A stretch of 64,000 nucleotides of DNA from Nitrosopumilus sp. GTDB taxonomy: Archaea; Thermoproteota; Nitrososphaeria; Nitrososphaerales; Nitrosopumilaceae. The notes beneath the pieces are model-generated. The model searched no databases and had not been told where the DNA came from. It saw only the letters and a program-made list of their open reading frames with translations. The position numbers and the translations under genes are program-made. Position 1 is the first letter of the stretch, and every line of letters starts with the position of its first letter. Shown here piece after piece: positions 10,170 through 21,198 of this stretch. The stretch spans positions 1,088,001-1,152,000 of the forward strand of contig OZ241857.1 in NCBI GenBank assembly GCA_965203315.1, written 5' to 3'.

Positions 10170-13073
10170 TTATACGCCAAATACTGCAAGAATCTTGGAT
10201 ACCAGTACTGTGTCACTGCCGTCTTTGCCATAACATACTTGTGTATTGTCCAACAGTCTATTTGTGGAACTGTCAAAGTTGGTGTCGGTACACTTTGGTA
10301 TGTCGACTAGATTACTGCCTGTATCGTTGATATAGTAGAATGGTACTTTATCATCAGTATCTGCAAATCTTACATAGATCTCTTTGCTGAGATCTAGTTT
10401 GCCATCAAATGATATATCTGGAGCTTGATCACACCTACTAGGATCATTGGCTTGTCTAAATTGAAGGTATAGTGTATCTATGTGATCTCTAGTTATGTCT
10501 ATTTGACCGGCTTTTAAATCGCCAACATAGCAGTAAGAGTCACCCCGAGGAGTGAATGATTTACCAATTATCTCTGTGCCACGAAATATCGTAATATCTG
10601 CTCTATCGTTGATATGATATGCAGTACCCACATCCTGATAGTATGTGTCTATTCGTATCTGATTGTTGCTACCGGTGTATAGATCGATGGTTCTATGAGT
10701 ATTGTCAAACAGCATAGATTCCGGTACTGCTATCGACATAGTTGGTACAATTATCGGTACGGGTACAATTGGTACATCCGTCTCTGTATTTGTAGTGTCA
10801 TCTGTGTCGGATACACCAAAGACTGTGAGAATCTTTGATATTATTATGGTGTCCACACCATCCTTGCCATAACATATCTCTGTATTGCCAATCAAAGTAT
10901 TGGTTGTACTATCAAAATTGGTACTAGTACATTTTGGTATGTTTATTCGATTGTCTGTATAGTAGAATGGTACTTGGCCATCAGTACCTACAAACCTCAC
11001 ATAGACCTCTTTGGTAAGAGACAGACTATCATCAAATGTAATATCTGGTGAACCATTACATCTGTTAGGATCATTGGCTTGTCTAAATTGTATGGATAAA
11101 GTATTGTTGTGTTGTACAGATACATCTTGGTCTTGACCAACGAATAGATCACCCACATAACAGTACTGTCCACCACTAGCTGTAAACTGTTTATTAGTGA
11201 TCCACGTATCTCTAAACATGGTAATGTATGCTTTATCATCGATATAGTACGCGGTACCGCCATCTTGATAAGCGGTATCTATTCGTAGTCTGTCGCTTAT
11301 ACCATGGTATAGGTCGATGGTTCTATCTGTGTTGTCATACTTGTACGAATCTGGTAATGTTATCTGTATTGTAGGCACATCTGTTGCTGTGTTATTAGGT
11401 ATAGTCGGTACTGGCTTAAGTTTAGGAGGTACCGGAGGTTTAACCTCTGGAATGGTTGGCTCACCAACTTGATAATCTATTGTACTTGTAGCAAATGTAT
11501 ATGTTGTATTGTATATACCAGCTAGTTTACGATCTTGTTTTGCTGTACCGTATACGATAATATTGTATGAACCTGTCGGCTCTAGTGGTATGTCTAGAGT
11601 ATACTGGTTGGTGATACGATCAGTTGTGTTACCCCAGAATGAATTACCGGTATCGATATCAGTTACAACCCAGTTTAGCTGCTTTGGTTTATCTTGTTTT
11701 GTAAATTTGTAATCAAGCTCTAGACCGTCTGTCGAATTTGTGATGGTCTTTGGTGACATGTCAAATATGTGAATGATATTCTTGTTGGGCTTTACCTTGC
11801 CGTATTTGCATAGAGTGTCATCAACTAGTGATATAGTGTCGGTACTGACATTTGGAACATAAATAGTGTATGTTACTCCAGCACGATGGAAAAGCTTAGA
11901 GATTGCTGTTTCCTTAGGAAGACTTGGTAGAGACAATACTGATACTCTATTATTTGGTAGATGAGGTTCGTGTGTGAAGCCACCTCCCTCAACATCTATA
12001 CCTTTGTGAAAGTATAATGGTAACGGGCCACTAGCAGGCGGTAAGCCGGTTCTAATATCTATGAACGATGACGAGTGACTATCAGAAAATACATGAGATT
12101 TGTATATGGTATCACTAGTAGAGAATATATGCAATTTGACGGAAATGCTATCTTCGTATGTGTCAAATAGGCTGTTTGGTATGATGCTTTGATAGAATAC
12201 GTGTGTAGTGTTTTGACTAGTACGAGTTAGATCTAATGATACCGATCTAGAGCTAGAATCAGAGGTCAAAAATAAGAGTACTCGACTAGATGTAGTGTCG
12301 TGCTTCTTTTCTAATGTATAGTTTATAACAATATTGCCACTAGGCGATATTGAAATCGTATGATCAAATAGGTGAATCTGAGCAGTACATTTTGGCATCA
12401 TTGAAAATAATTCATCAATATTATTGTTAGAATCAAAGAATTCTATACTATCAATTGTAATAGGCACAGTACTGTTTACAATACGTACATACTGTTCATG
12501 CCCAATGACTTGACCAATATGTTCTAATGGTATATAGGGATAAATAGCAGGAATTGAAATACTATTATCCCTCGAGATACTTGGATATTCAAATAATGCT
12601 GAAACTTCAGTACGTAGGGAAAGTTCCGGAATTTTATCTACTGGGACTAGTGCGTATATGTATAGTTGAGAAGTCTTATTTAACGTAAGTATGTCAAGGG
12701 CATTAATTGTCTCTAGGTATTTCAATAATGATTGTTCATTGCCACTAGGCGACACGTAGATACCAAAATATGTGATATCTATGTCCAAGTCAAGTTTCTT
12801 TTTTGGTGTAGCTTTTACATGCCAGTCATGTTGTATATATTTATCCATGGCGTTGTATACTTTATCTCCTTTCTCTGAAGTTTTTTTAATCAAATCTAGA
12901 ATTTTTTTATAAAAAGCGTCGTTTTTATCACTAGGACTAAACTTCATATCATTGGTGTAAAAAAACTTGTTTGGATCACCCTCATCCGGGGATTGATGTG
13001 CAGAGACATCAACTGTTAAGAATGGTATAAAGACTAAGAGCGATACAGCAAATACAAGACAACTTTTGATCAC
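10170..13073 (-). CDS. Large secreted protein: signal peptide, S8-prodomain-like region, Pro-rich linker, two C-terminal 4-Cys repeat modules
   Basis: Hydrophobic N-terminus; two ~185-aa repeats ending CYGKDG.DT...SKIL.VFGV shared with 14393..18835. Confidence 0.85.
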   Translation of the reverse strand: MIKSCLVFAVSLLVFIPFLTVDVSAHQSPDEGDPNKFFYTNDMKFSPSDKNDAFYKKILDLIKKTSEKGDKVYNAMDKYIQHDWHVKATPKKKLDLDIDITYFGIYVSPSGNEQSLLKYLETINALDILTLNKTSQLYIYALVPVDKIPELSLRTEVSALFEYPSISRDNSISIPAIYPYIPLEHIGQVIGHEQYVRIVNSTVPITIDSIEFFDSNNNIDELFSMMPKCTAQIHLFDHTISISPSGNIVINYTLEKKHDTTSSRVLLFLTSDSSSRSVSLDLTRTSQNTTHVFYQSIIPNSLFDTYEDSISVKLHIFSTSDTIYKSHVFSDSHSSSFIDIRTGLPPASGPLPLYFHKGIDVEGGGFTHEPHLPNNRVSVLSLPSLPKETAISKLFHRAGVTYTIYVPNVSTDTISLVDDTLCKYGKVKPNKNIIHIFDMSPKTITNSTDGLELDYKFTKQDKPKQLNWVVTDIDTGNSFWGNTTDRITNQYTLDIPLEPTGSYNIIVYGTAKQDRKLAGIYNTTYTFATSTIDYQVGEPTIPEVKPPVPPKLKPVPTIPNNTATDVPTIQITLPDSYKYDNTDRTIDLYHGISDRLRIDTAYQDGGTAYYIDDKAYITMFRDTWITNKQFTASGGQYCYVGDLFVGQDQDVSVQHNNTLSIQFRQANDPNRCNGSPDITFDDSLSLTKEVYVRFVGTDGQVPFYYTDNRINIPKCTSTNFDSTTNTLIGNTEICYGKDGVDTIIISKILTVFGVSDTDDTTNTETDVPIVPVPIIVPTMSIAVPESMLFDNTHRTIDLYTGSNNQIRIDTYYQDVGTAYHINDRADITIFRGTEIIGKSFTPRGDSYCYVGDLKAGQIDITRDHIDTLYLQFRQANDPSRCDQAPDISFDGKLDLSKEIYVRFADTDDKVPFYYINDTGSNLVDIPKCTDTNFDSSTNRLLDNTQVCYGKDGSDTVLVSKILAVFGV

Positions 13074-13126
13074 ATCTTGGACTTAGTAAACATTCATTTA
13101 AATAAGTTATGTACATGTAAATGTAT

Positions 13127-14134
13127 TGTCTTAGACGGAAATCATTTCACATATAAGTCAAGATCTGCCCATTTTGGGTCTTTTCTAATCTCAGCACTAG
13201 CTTGTTTTGCTCTAAAAGCCATGAGCGGTGTTTCTCCGTTATCGATATCTAATGCAAAGTGCGGTCTTTTTTCATTGTAATGACTAATGTATTCACCAAT
13301 TCTGGCATGATGTTCAACCTCATTTTCAAATGTTCCAAAGAATCTCTCTATCTTGCCATTGGTCTGTGGATGTCCAACTCTGGCACGAATGTGTTTGATT
13401 CCCTGTTCTGCCAGTCTCATCTCAAATTTGGATATTCCCTTTTTCTTGACCTCTGACTTGCATAGAACTATATCCCACGATCTGTGAGTATTGCTTTTGG
13501 TTTTCCGTGATTTTTGATTGCTGCATCTAATACTGCAAGTGCGTTCTCTGTTGTTGCATGATCAAACACGCCGTATCCAACTACAAACCTAGAAGCATCG
13601 TCTAGATAGGCGATTAACCATCTGCCATCATCTAGTAGTTTATAGTCAGCATGCCATAGTAAATTAGAGAATTCACGCTCATATCGTACCCATTTGCGCT
13701 GTTGACTCTTTTTTGGTTCTCGTCTAGATAGACCTTCATCTCGCAATATGTGATATATGGTATGATAGGAAATATATTCCCGTGGAATCTTTTATCTCGT
13801 CTTTTATGCTGGTTGTTGCAAGATGAACATCTTGTCGTGCAGTTAGTACAGCAAAATACTCTAGTCTACATGGAAGACTTTCTTGGGCCTACCCATTGGT
13901 CTTGGATGTATCATTAGATTGGTTCCATGTACTTGATCGTGCCCGCAATTTTTTAATCCAAATTGTAGATATGCCCATTCTTTGTGCAATTGTGGCGTGC
14001 TTGGTGCCTTTACGTTTTTCTCGTATGATGTATCGTACCTTTTTCTCATCTAGTTTGTGCATTTCGTGTCTATGTTTACACGCTATATGTCCCAACATCT
14101 CTTACCCACACACCTTCATTTCCAGTGCAAGACA
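13127..14134 (-). mobile_element. IS481-family element with decayed transposase
   Basis: Ends tgtcttagacggaaat / atttccagtgcaagaca; fragments 13889-14098 (HTH), 13468-13746 (WHAD, DDASR, LTDRG), 13142-13420 (PQTNGKIERF) broken by stops/frameshifts. Confidence 0.88.
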
Positions 14135-14392
14135 GATTGTGTTTCTATTACGATCCATTTTCATGGGTATACTATTTGTACAACACACATGTGTAGACTG
14201 TATGCGTATTTCTTACATCATACTCACGTTTTAAGGTACAATAAAACACAGGTGTAATTTCTAGAGACAAATTGATTCATTGCTATCGTGTTTGATGATT
14301 GGGCATGGGCACTCTCAATAATACGCATACAGTCTTGTGATTCAAACGAGATTTGCTCATACTTATAACCTACATTAATATGAGATTCCATA

Positions 14393-17300
14393 GTGATATC
14401 GTATGCAATACCGTTACTCACATTAGCTATTTTAGTACCAAGTGTGATCTTTGTCCAAGATATTGATTCCACAGATGCATTTGCAAACATTGGAGACGAA
14501 TACAAATTTGATCCTAGATTCTACGAAAAGATACTAGGCATCATAGAGAGCAATGGCGAAGTTCATGGAGCATCTGCCGATTCAGTATCTGACGAACAGA
14601 GATACTATAATGTGATTCTAGTTGTTAGTAGAGGTTATGGTGACGCATCAGATGAGATTGTAGCAGAGAATAAAAATATGTTGGTAAAGCGTCTAGAGTC
14701 GATCGGAGCTAGATATATCTATCGAGCTAGTTCTCTATCGTTTGTAACTGCTTCAGTTCCAACACATGAGATTCCAGGACTCTCATCATACAACGAAATC
14801 TTCAAGATAGGCGATGGTGAGTTATCAATGAGACCTCTAGTCGACCAAGCAAGAATAACAATCAAAGCCACAGACATGGATCTGAATCAGCTAAATTTTC
14901 AAGTCAATGGTAGTGGCGTAGTGGTTGCGGTGGTAGATTTTGGAATAAACAGCATATATCTAAATGATAAAGTTCGTGAGAGGATATACTGTCCAAATGG
15001 AATATGTTGGACAAACAATGGTACAATCATAGGAACTCCTACATATCCGATTGGTTTATTGAATTCTACAAATGCTACACATGGCACACAAGTCGCACAA
15101 GTGATTGCAGCATCTGGGATGTCTAGTAATAATGGAATAGCACAAGGAGTAACATTATTGGATGCGTTGACAGTATACTACAATGCCACATTGTCAGAAC
15201 ATGCCTACATAATTTACAGAAATGGTAGCGCATCTTTTGCAGAATCGCTTGACTGGTCAGTAACACACGGTGCAGATATTGCAAGTATTAGTATTGGACC
15301 GTCAGGAGAATGTAATGCATACCCAGCATCAAAAACACTGAATTTGATCTTAAATGAGGCAGTTGATCAAGGAGTACTAGTTGTCTCCGCTGCTGGAAAC
15401 GAGTCATTTCTTACCGGTTTTATCGGTAATTTAGCTTTTCTGAACAATCGTACATATAGAACAGTAGGCGATCCGAGTTGTGCGTACAACATAATCACTG
15501 TAGGCGGAATAGATGATCGAGTTGATCCAATCTCAATGTATAATCATTCAAGTCGTGGACCAGCAAATAGTACTGGACCAGTAAATCCTGACATGCCAAT
15601 ACTAAAGCCAGAGATTGTGGCACCTGCAACAGAGATTGTAGTTTTGTATAATTCTACACATCTAGCTCGTGCTACAGGCACTAGTGTTGCAGCACCTCAA
15701 GTCAGTGCAGTAGCTGCACTGATGTTAGAGACAAACCCCAACCTCACACCCACCGAAGTCAAAACATTACTCTTACTCGGAGCAAACTGGACTGCCACTA
15801 TTCCGTGTACTTCACACCAGTTTGAACAAAACAATACCAATGACTGCTCTTTTGCAAGACAACCCTCGGATCTAAATGAAGCAAATAATTCTACATCACT
15901 AAGCATACTAAATAACGTGGGTTTTGGAATACTAGATGCTGTAAAGTCTCTAAGATATGTTCAATCATCGTCTCACATGATATCTGATCATATAAGTACA
16001 AACTCGACTAAAAAATACGAGTTTAACGTTACAAATACAACAGAACCCGTTAAAGTCATTCTGTCGTGGTTGGTTCACCCACATGGAAATATACGAGATC
16101 AGATAGGTAGTACGACTCCCGCACCCTTTACAAATCTTGACTTTGTTTTAGAGTGTGGACAGCAAAAAGTACATGCAAACTCGTCACATCAGATAAACGA
16201 GTTTGCAGTGTTTGTACCGTCTCAGACAGGCAAGTGTGTCATAACAGTTACGAGTCCACTACAAAATGTAACTAGTTCGACACAAAACTATACTCTAGTG
16301 AGCACATATGAACTAGGACCATTCATACCTACCCAAAACATCGTAAATAAAACCACACCAACAGGTACAACACTCACAATAACGCTACCAGAACCAACTG
16401 AACACACAGATGCGGTTATCGGCCTTATGACATATCCAGATAACCGCATAAAGTTCAATACTCAAGAGAACACAATAGGCAATGGCACTAGATACTATGA
16501 CGAATATATCTCTGGGGATGGTATTATAATCCATCACGAAACAGAGATACTAGACAAGACGTTCACATATACAAGAGATCATTACTGTTACGAGACTATT
16601 GTACTGGTAGGAAATCTAGACACCATACCAAAAAATCATACAACTGCCCTATGGCTCGAGTTTGGAAGAGATTCCAAGCCAAAGAGATGTGACAACGCTC
16701 CAGACATATCATTTGATGGTAAACTGTTACTCAATAAAGAGGTCTATGTGCAATTTAATGATACAGAGGGTCAAACTCCATTTTATCATATAAGCGGTAC
16801 AAAAAGTATTGTACCCATACCAAAGTGTACCGACACCAACTTTAATTCCACTCACAATACACTAAAAAGAGGTACCGAGATATGTTACGGCAAGAACGGT
16901 ACAGACACCATCATAGTATCCAAGATACTTGCAATCTTTGGTGTAACCGACATTAAACAGATAACAATACATGACTCTGTACCATTTCACCTGACCGGTA
17001 CAATCGACCTCCATACAGCTCATAACAAGATAAGAATCGATACACACTATGAGGATACAGGCACTATATACCATATCAATGATCAAGCAGACATTACAAT
17101 ATATCGAGATACAGAGATAGTTGGCAAAAAATTCACTAACGATCCAATTGATGTCTATTGTTATGTTGGAGATTTACTAGTGAATCACACAGTACAACAA
17201 ACCCGTACACTAGAGATAAACTTTAGACAGTCTAGTGATCAGACTAGATGTGATACTGCTCCAGTCATCACATTTGATGATAAACTAGATCTCAGCAAAG

Positions 17301-18835
17301 AGATCTATGTAAGATTTGTAGGTACACATGATCATGTACCATTCTACATGAACGGAACTAGTAATATTGCAATACCAAAGTGTACCGACACCAACTTTGA
17401 TGACACAACCAATACTCTGATTGGTAATACAGAGATATGTTATGGTGAAGATGGTGACGATACAGTACTAGTATCCAAGATACTTGCAGTCTTTGGTGTA
17501 ATGACAAAGACTCCAATATCATCAAACGGTACCATTGATTCAGTGATGACGATACCTCCAAACGATCTTCCAAACAATACATTGTTTATGAGAATAGTAT
17601 TTGTGCCAGGAGATAACGGCACCATAGAGATCGATGGTGCAGAGTATAACAAGAAAGGAAAGATCATTAAAAATGGTACGAGATTTACTGACTCTCACAC
17701 GTACAGTATAGGTGACGTATACATCACTCGTACAGATATCATTAATGTAGATACCAGTGCATTTGTACACAAAGATGGCATATACTGTTATACCAGCGTC
17801 TTTACTAGAGTTCCCCAAGATCGTCTAGATATCACGATACCATTAAACGAATCAGCTGCTATGGGATTTCAATTCGCAAAAGATCCTAATGAGAAATATC
17901 CTGTAGGTGATGTTTACTATAGCTGTGCTGATATACCTGACATATCTTTTAGTGGCAAGATACTTCTCGATAGAGAGATTCGTGTACAACTAGATGATGT
18001 TGTGGGTAGAGATCCATTCTATTACGTAAACGGTACAGATACCGTTGTACCTATACCGAAATGTACTGCTGCAAACTTTGACAACACCACTCAGACGCTA
18101 AAAGGCAACACATCTGCATGTTATGGCAAGTACGATAACAACATCATAATCATAACAAAGATGATGAATATCTTTGGTACTACAACAGAGAAACTAGTCG
18201 CGCCCAAAGTTTCATCTGTACCTGACTTGTTCAACCCAAATGATCCACTTCAAATAGTACAAGACTATACAAATGCTACCCTTTCATATCAAACATTTAG
18301 TATCACTCCACGTGGTCAGACTGCAGATATCAATGTCTATGGCGATAAACGATTTACAAATGCGCCCAATGCACTTCGGCTAGGCGATGTATACATCCAA
18401 TATAGAACAAAGGTTATGGTTGGTACCGACATATTTGATATTAATCAAGGTACGTCTTGTGTGGATGTTGGATTTACTCATGTTATCGATATGCCCTACT
18501 CTGCTACAAAAGGACTGTCCGCAATGGGATTCAACTTTACAAATGCGCCCAACATGCCTCTGTGTACTATTGATCTTGCTAGCTATAACGGTACACTAGT
18601 AACAGACAAAGAGATGTACATAACATTATATCAAAATGCAACTGCACAAGACATATCTCCGTATTATTCCTCGCCACGAGAGGGTGACTCTACCACCAAA
18701 TCGATACCAATGTGTGTCTCTGGCACAAACTTGTACAACACTCAAACCCTGATGACTGGAGCAGATATGTGTTATGGTACATATCAGAATGATATCATCA
18801 TAATAACCAAAAAGTTTGGAGTATATGGTAACTAG
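14393..18835 (+). CDS. Secreted S8 (subtilisin-like) serine peptidase, 1480 aa, with four C-terminal 4-Cys repeat modules
   Basis: Triad VAVVDFG / HGTQVA / GTSVAAPQV, oxyanion AAGN; signal peptide; repeats at approx. 16370-18830. Confidence 0.92.
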   Translation: MISYAIPLLTLAILVPSVIFVQDIDSTDAFANIGDEYKFDPRFYEKILGIIESNGEVHGASADSVSDEQRYYNVILVVSRGYGDASDEIVAENKNMLVKRLESIGARYIYRASSLSFVTASVPTHEIPGLSSYNEIFKIGDGELSMRPLVDQARITIKATDMDLNQLNFQVNGSGVVVAVVDFGINSIYLNDKVRERIYCPNGICWTNNGTIIGTPTYPIGLLNSTNATHGTQVAQVIAASGMSSNNGIAQGVTLLDALTVYYNATLSEHAYIIYRNGSASFAESLDWSVTHGADIASISIGPSGECNAYPASKTLNLILNEAVDQGVLVVSAAGNESFLTGFIGNLAFLNNRTYRTVGDPSCAYNIITVGGIDDRVDPISMYNHSSRGPANSTGPVNPDMPILKPEIVAPATEIVVLYNSTHLARATGTSVAAPQVSAVAALMLETNPNLTPTEVKTLLLLGANWTATIPCTSHQFEQNNTNDCSFARQPSDLNEANNSTSLSILNNVGFGILDAVKSLRYVQSSSHMISDHISTNSTKKYEFNVTNTTEPVKVILSWLVHPHGNIRDQIGSTTPAPFTNLDFVLECGQQKVHANSSHQINEFAVFVPSQTGKCVITVTSPLQNVTSSTQNYTLVSTYELGPFIPTQNIVNKTTPTGTTLTITLPEPTEHTDAVIGLMTYPDNRIKFNTQENTIGNGTRYYDEYISGDGIIIHHETEILDKTFTYTRDHYCYETIVLVGNLDTIPKNHTTALWLEFGRDSKPKRCDNAPDISFDGKLLLNKEVYVQFNDTEGQTPFYHISGTKSIVPIPKCTDTNFNSTHNTLKRGTEICYGKNGTDTIIVSKILAIFGVTDIKQITIHDSVPFHLTGTIDLHTAHNKIRIDTHYEDTGTIYHINDQADITIYRDTEIVGKKFTNDPIDVYCYVGDLLVNHTVQQTRTLEINFRQSSDQTRCDTAPVITFDDKLDLSKEIYVRFVGTHDHVPFYMNGTSNIAIPKCTDTNFDDTTNTLIGNTEICYGEDGDDTVLVSKILAVFGVMTKTPISSNGTIDSVMTIPPNDLPNNTLFMRIVFVPGDNGTIEIDGAEYNKKGKIIKNGTRFTDSHTYSIGDVYITRTDIINVDTSAFVHKDGIYCYTSVFTRVPQDRLDITIPLNESAAMGFQFAKDPNEKYPVGDVYYSCADIPDISFSGKILLDREIRVQLDDVVGRDPFYYVNGTDTVVPIPKCTAANFDNTTQTLKGNTSACYGKYDNNIIIITKMMNIFGTTTEKLVAPKVSSVPDLFNPNDPLQIVQDYTNATLSYQTFSITPRGQTADINVYGDKRFTNAPNALRLGDVYIQYRTKVMVGTDIFDINQGTSCVDVGFTHVIDMPYSATKGLSAMGFNFTNAPNMPLCTIDLASYNGTLVTDKEMYITLYQNATAQDISPYYSSPREGDSTTKSIPMCVSGTNLYNTQTLMTGADMCYGTYQNDIIIITKKFGVYGN

Positions 18836-18882
18836 ATGACACGCCTTTATGATATCATGACTTGGAGATGTTTTGACATATT

Positions 18883-19356
18883 ATGGATCCACGAACAAAG
18901 ATAGAACGTACTCTTGATGCATTATTTGGCGACAGAGTCTCTCGTGGTCTACCCAGAGATATCGAGTTCACATTCTCCCGCAAGACGGGTAGGATACGAA
19001 CTGTACAGTATGAAGGCGAGATCCTTTGTACCTTGAGGATAGATGGCGGACTAGCGTTGAGTCTCAAGTTTGCGCAAATCTTATTGAGACAGCCCAGATT
19101 CAAAGCAAACTGTCTTCAAGTAAGTGATGTTGCAGCACCGTTTGTAAGTGATGGTCGATCTGTATTCTGCAAACATGTCACATGGTGTGGTAAACTGGTC
19201 TGTATATCTGCCGATACGCCTGTACTATACAGAGATCAAGTCATTGCGGTGGGTCGAGCCATGTTGTCATATAACATGATCAATAACTGTACACGAGGCG
19301 TCGCAGTAAAAGTTAGAGATAGTTTAAAAAGTCATACAGATAAATCCCAAGTATGA
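18883..19356 (+). CDS. PUA-domain protein (archaeosine TGT C-terminal-like)
   Basis: S.KTGRIR, PFV..GRSVF.KHV, G.AVKVR. Confidence 0.85.
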   Translation: MDPRTKIERTLDALFGDRVSRGLPRDIEFTFSRKTGRIRTVQYEGEILCTLRIDGGLALSLKFAQILLRQPRFKANCLQVSDVAAPFVSDGRSVFCKHVTWCGKLVCISADTPVLYRDQVIAVGRAMLSYNMINNCTRGVAVKVRDSLKSHTDKSQV

Positions 19357-19697
19357 TGCGTGGTGGAAATCGCAATACGCGACGAATGATGGACAAGATG
19401 GGTGTAGATGTGAGTGATGTACACAATGTCATAGAGGTAAGAATCAAGACGGACAAGAAAGAGATCATCATAACAAAGCCTACAGTAAGTGAGATGAAGA
19501 CCAAGGGTGAGACGATCTTTACGGTTGCTGGTGGAAGTCAGGAGGAGATGGAGTTAGAGGTTCCCATATTCTCTGATGATGATATCCAGCTAATCTGTCA
19601 GCGAACAGGAGTGGATGTAGAGAGAGCAAATGCTGCTCTAAAAGATGCCAATGGTGATCTTACAACAGCCATAATAGCACTCAAAGAACAGACCTAA
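19353..19697 (+). CDS. nac: Nascent polypeptide-associated complex protein (aeNAC)
   Basis: RRMMDKMG, V.EV.I NAC core; C-terminal UBA (DI.LI..RTGV....A..AL..A.GDL..AI). Confidence 0.93.
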   Translation: MMRGGNRNTRRMMDKMGVDVSDVHNVIEVRIKTDKKEIIITKPTVSEMKTKGETIFTVAGGSQEEMELEVPIFSDDDIQLICQRTGVDVERANAALKDANGDLTTAIIALKEQT

Positions 19698-19748
19698 CTG
19701 TACTTGAAATGAATGACTTTTAAGTATGGATTGTCGAGTCTCGGTTAG

Positions 19749-20081
19749 ATGAGCGTAGTCGAGTCCAAAGTTACAGGAATCATAAAGTCATTAAACGTAC
19801 TAGAAGATGACTTGGATTCATTGAACGCCAAGTCTGCAGATATGAAGAAACAACTTGTCGCAAAGGCACAATCTGAGATTGATGCTCTACTAACAAAGAC
19901 GCGTGAGATGGCTCTAAAAGAGACCAAAGATATCATTGCTAAATCACGAGATAGAGCGACTGCCGAGTCTTTGCAGATATCTCAAGACAGTGAGACCAAG
20001 CTGGCTGAATTAAAGTCAAAGATCGAATCTAACTTTGATGCTGCCGTCAAAGATGTCGTGACAACCATTTTGAAGCCATAG
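19749..20081 (+). CDS. Coiled-coil protein, A/V-type ATPase subunit H/G-like
   Basis: Helical heptads; C-terminal NFD.AV..VV..IL. Confidence 0.5.
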   Translation: MSVVESKVTGIIKSLNVLEDDLDSLNAKSADMKKQLVAKAQSEIDALLTKTREMALKETKDIIAKSRDRATAESLQISQDSETKLAELKSKIESNFDAAVKDVVTTILKP

Positions 20082-20205
20082 TTCTCAAACCAAAACACAA
20101 CGATAACACAAGACTGTTAAATTGTATAAAATATCGATGAACTAAAAATACAATACCATCGAGTGTTCAATCTACAAGATTATTCTAATAATGTCTTGCC
20201 AGAGA

Positions 20206-21198
20206 TGTGTTGTACAAAAATCATTTAAATTCACCAGAATCTTCGTTTGCCCAGTTGAGATTATTTCTAATTTTAGCACTGGCATGTTTTGTTTTAAATG
20301 TCATCATAGGTATTTTGCCATTATCGATATCTAGTGAGAAAAGTCTGTCTTTGTTTTAGTAATGAATGTATGACATTATACCCTTGGAGTGTTTAATCTC
20401 TGATTCAAATGTTCCAAAGAATCTCCCCAACTTGCCATTGGTCTGAGGATGATTTGCTCTTGCAAGTATTTGTTTTATTTTTCGTTTGATTAATTCTGCT
20501 TCAAATAATGTAATTTTACGCCCGTTCTTTGGTTTTTTAGCAGATGTAAATTGTGTTCCACGATCAGATAGTATCTGTGCTGGTACGCCAAACTTTTTGA
20601 TAGCTTTTCTCAACACACTAACCGCATTTGCTGATGTTGCGTGTTTAAAGACCCCAAAACCCGTGATGTATCTAGAAGCATCGTCTAGGTAGCAGATCAG
20701 GTAGAGTTCCATCTTGAGTCAGATATTATGTGTCAGCCTACATGCCACATGGCGTTAGAGTATTTCCTCTCAAAACGAACTTATCTACGACGTTTTCGTT
20801 TTGCAGGTGCTGGAGTTATTAGGCCCTTTTCGTACATTATCTTTCGTACAGATCTGTAACTGATTTGTATGTGCAAACGTTGTAATTCTTTTGTAAGGCG
20901 AATCACACCAAAATGCCGTTTGTTGTACATTTTCATCACTGCCTGAATCTCTTTATGTGTAGGTTCTTTATTTGGTCGACCAATCTTCTTTTGTGTCGGT
21001 GGAGAACCTGTCTTGACATAATGTGAATATATTTGACATATTCTTTGCTCAGTAATATTAAATTGATCTGCTATGACAGATAATTTCACACCTTTACGTC
21101 TTTGTGATATGATACTCAATACTTGCTTTTTTTCTAACTTTCTGATTGGCATAGATTTCTTGCATAAATCATCGTTTAAATACTTTTGGTACAAAACA
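20206..21198 (-). mobile_element. IS481-family element with decayed transposase (second subfamily)
   Basis: TIRs tgtgttgtacaaaaatcatttaaa / tttaaatacttttggtacaaaaca; ORF from ATG at 21152 with several stops; DDASR, SDRG.QF, HPQTNGK. Confidence 0.88.

Noticed and set aside
10170-18835. Diversity-generating retroelement TR/VR pair among the repeat modules
   Set aside because: Differences are not adenine-specific and no reverse transcriptase is present in the window
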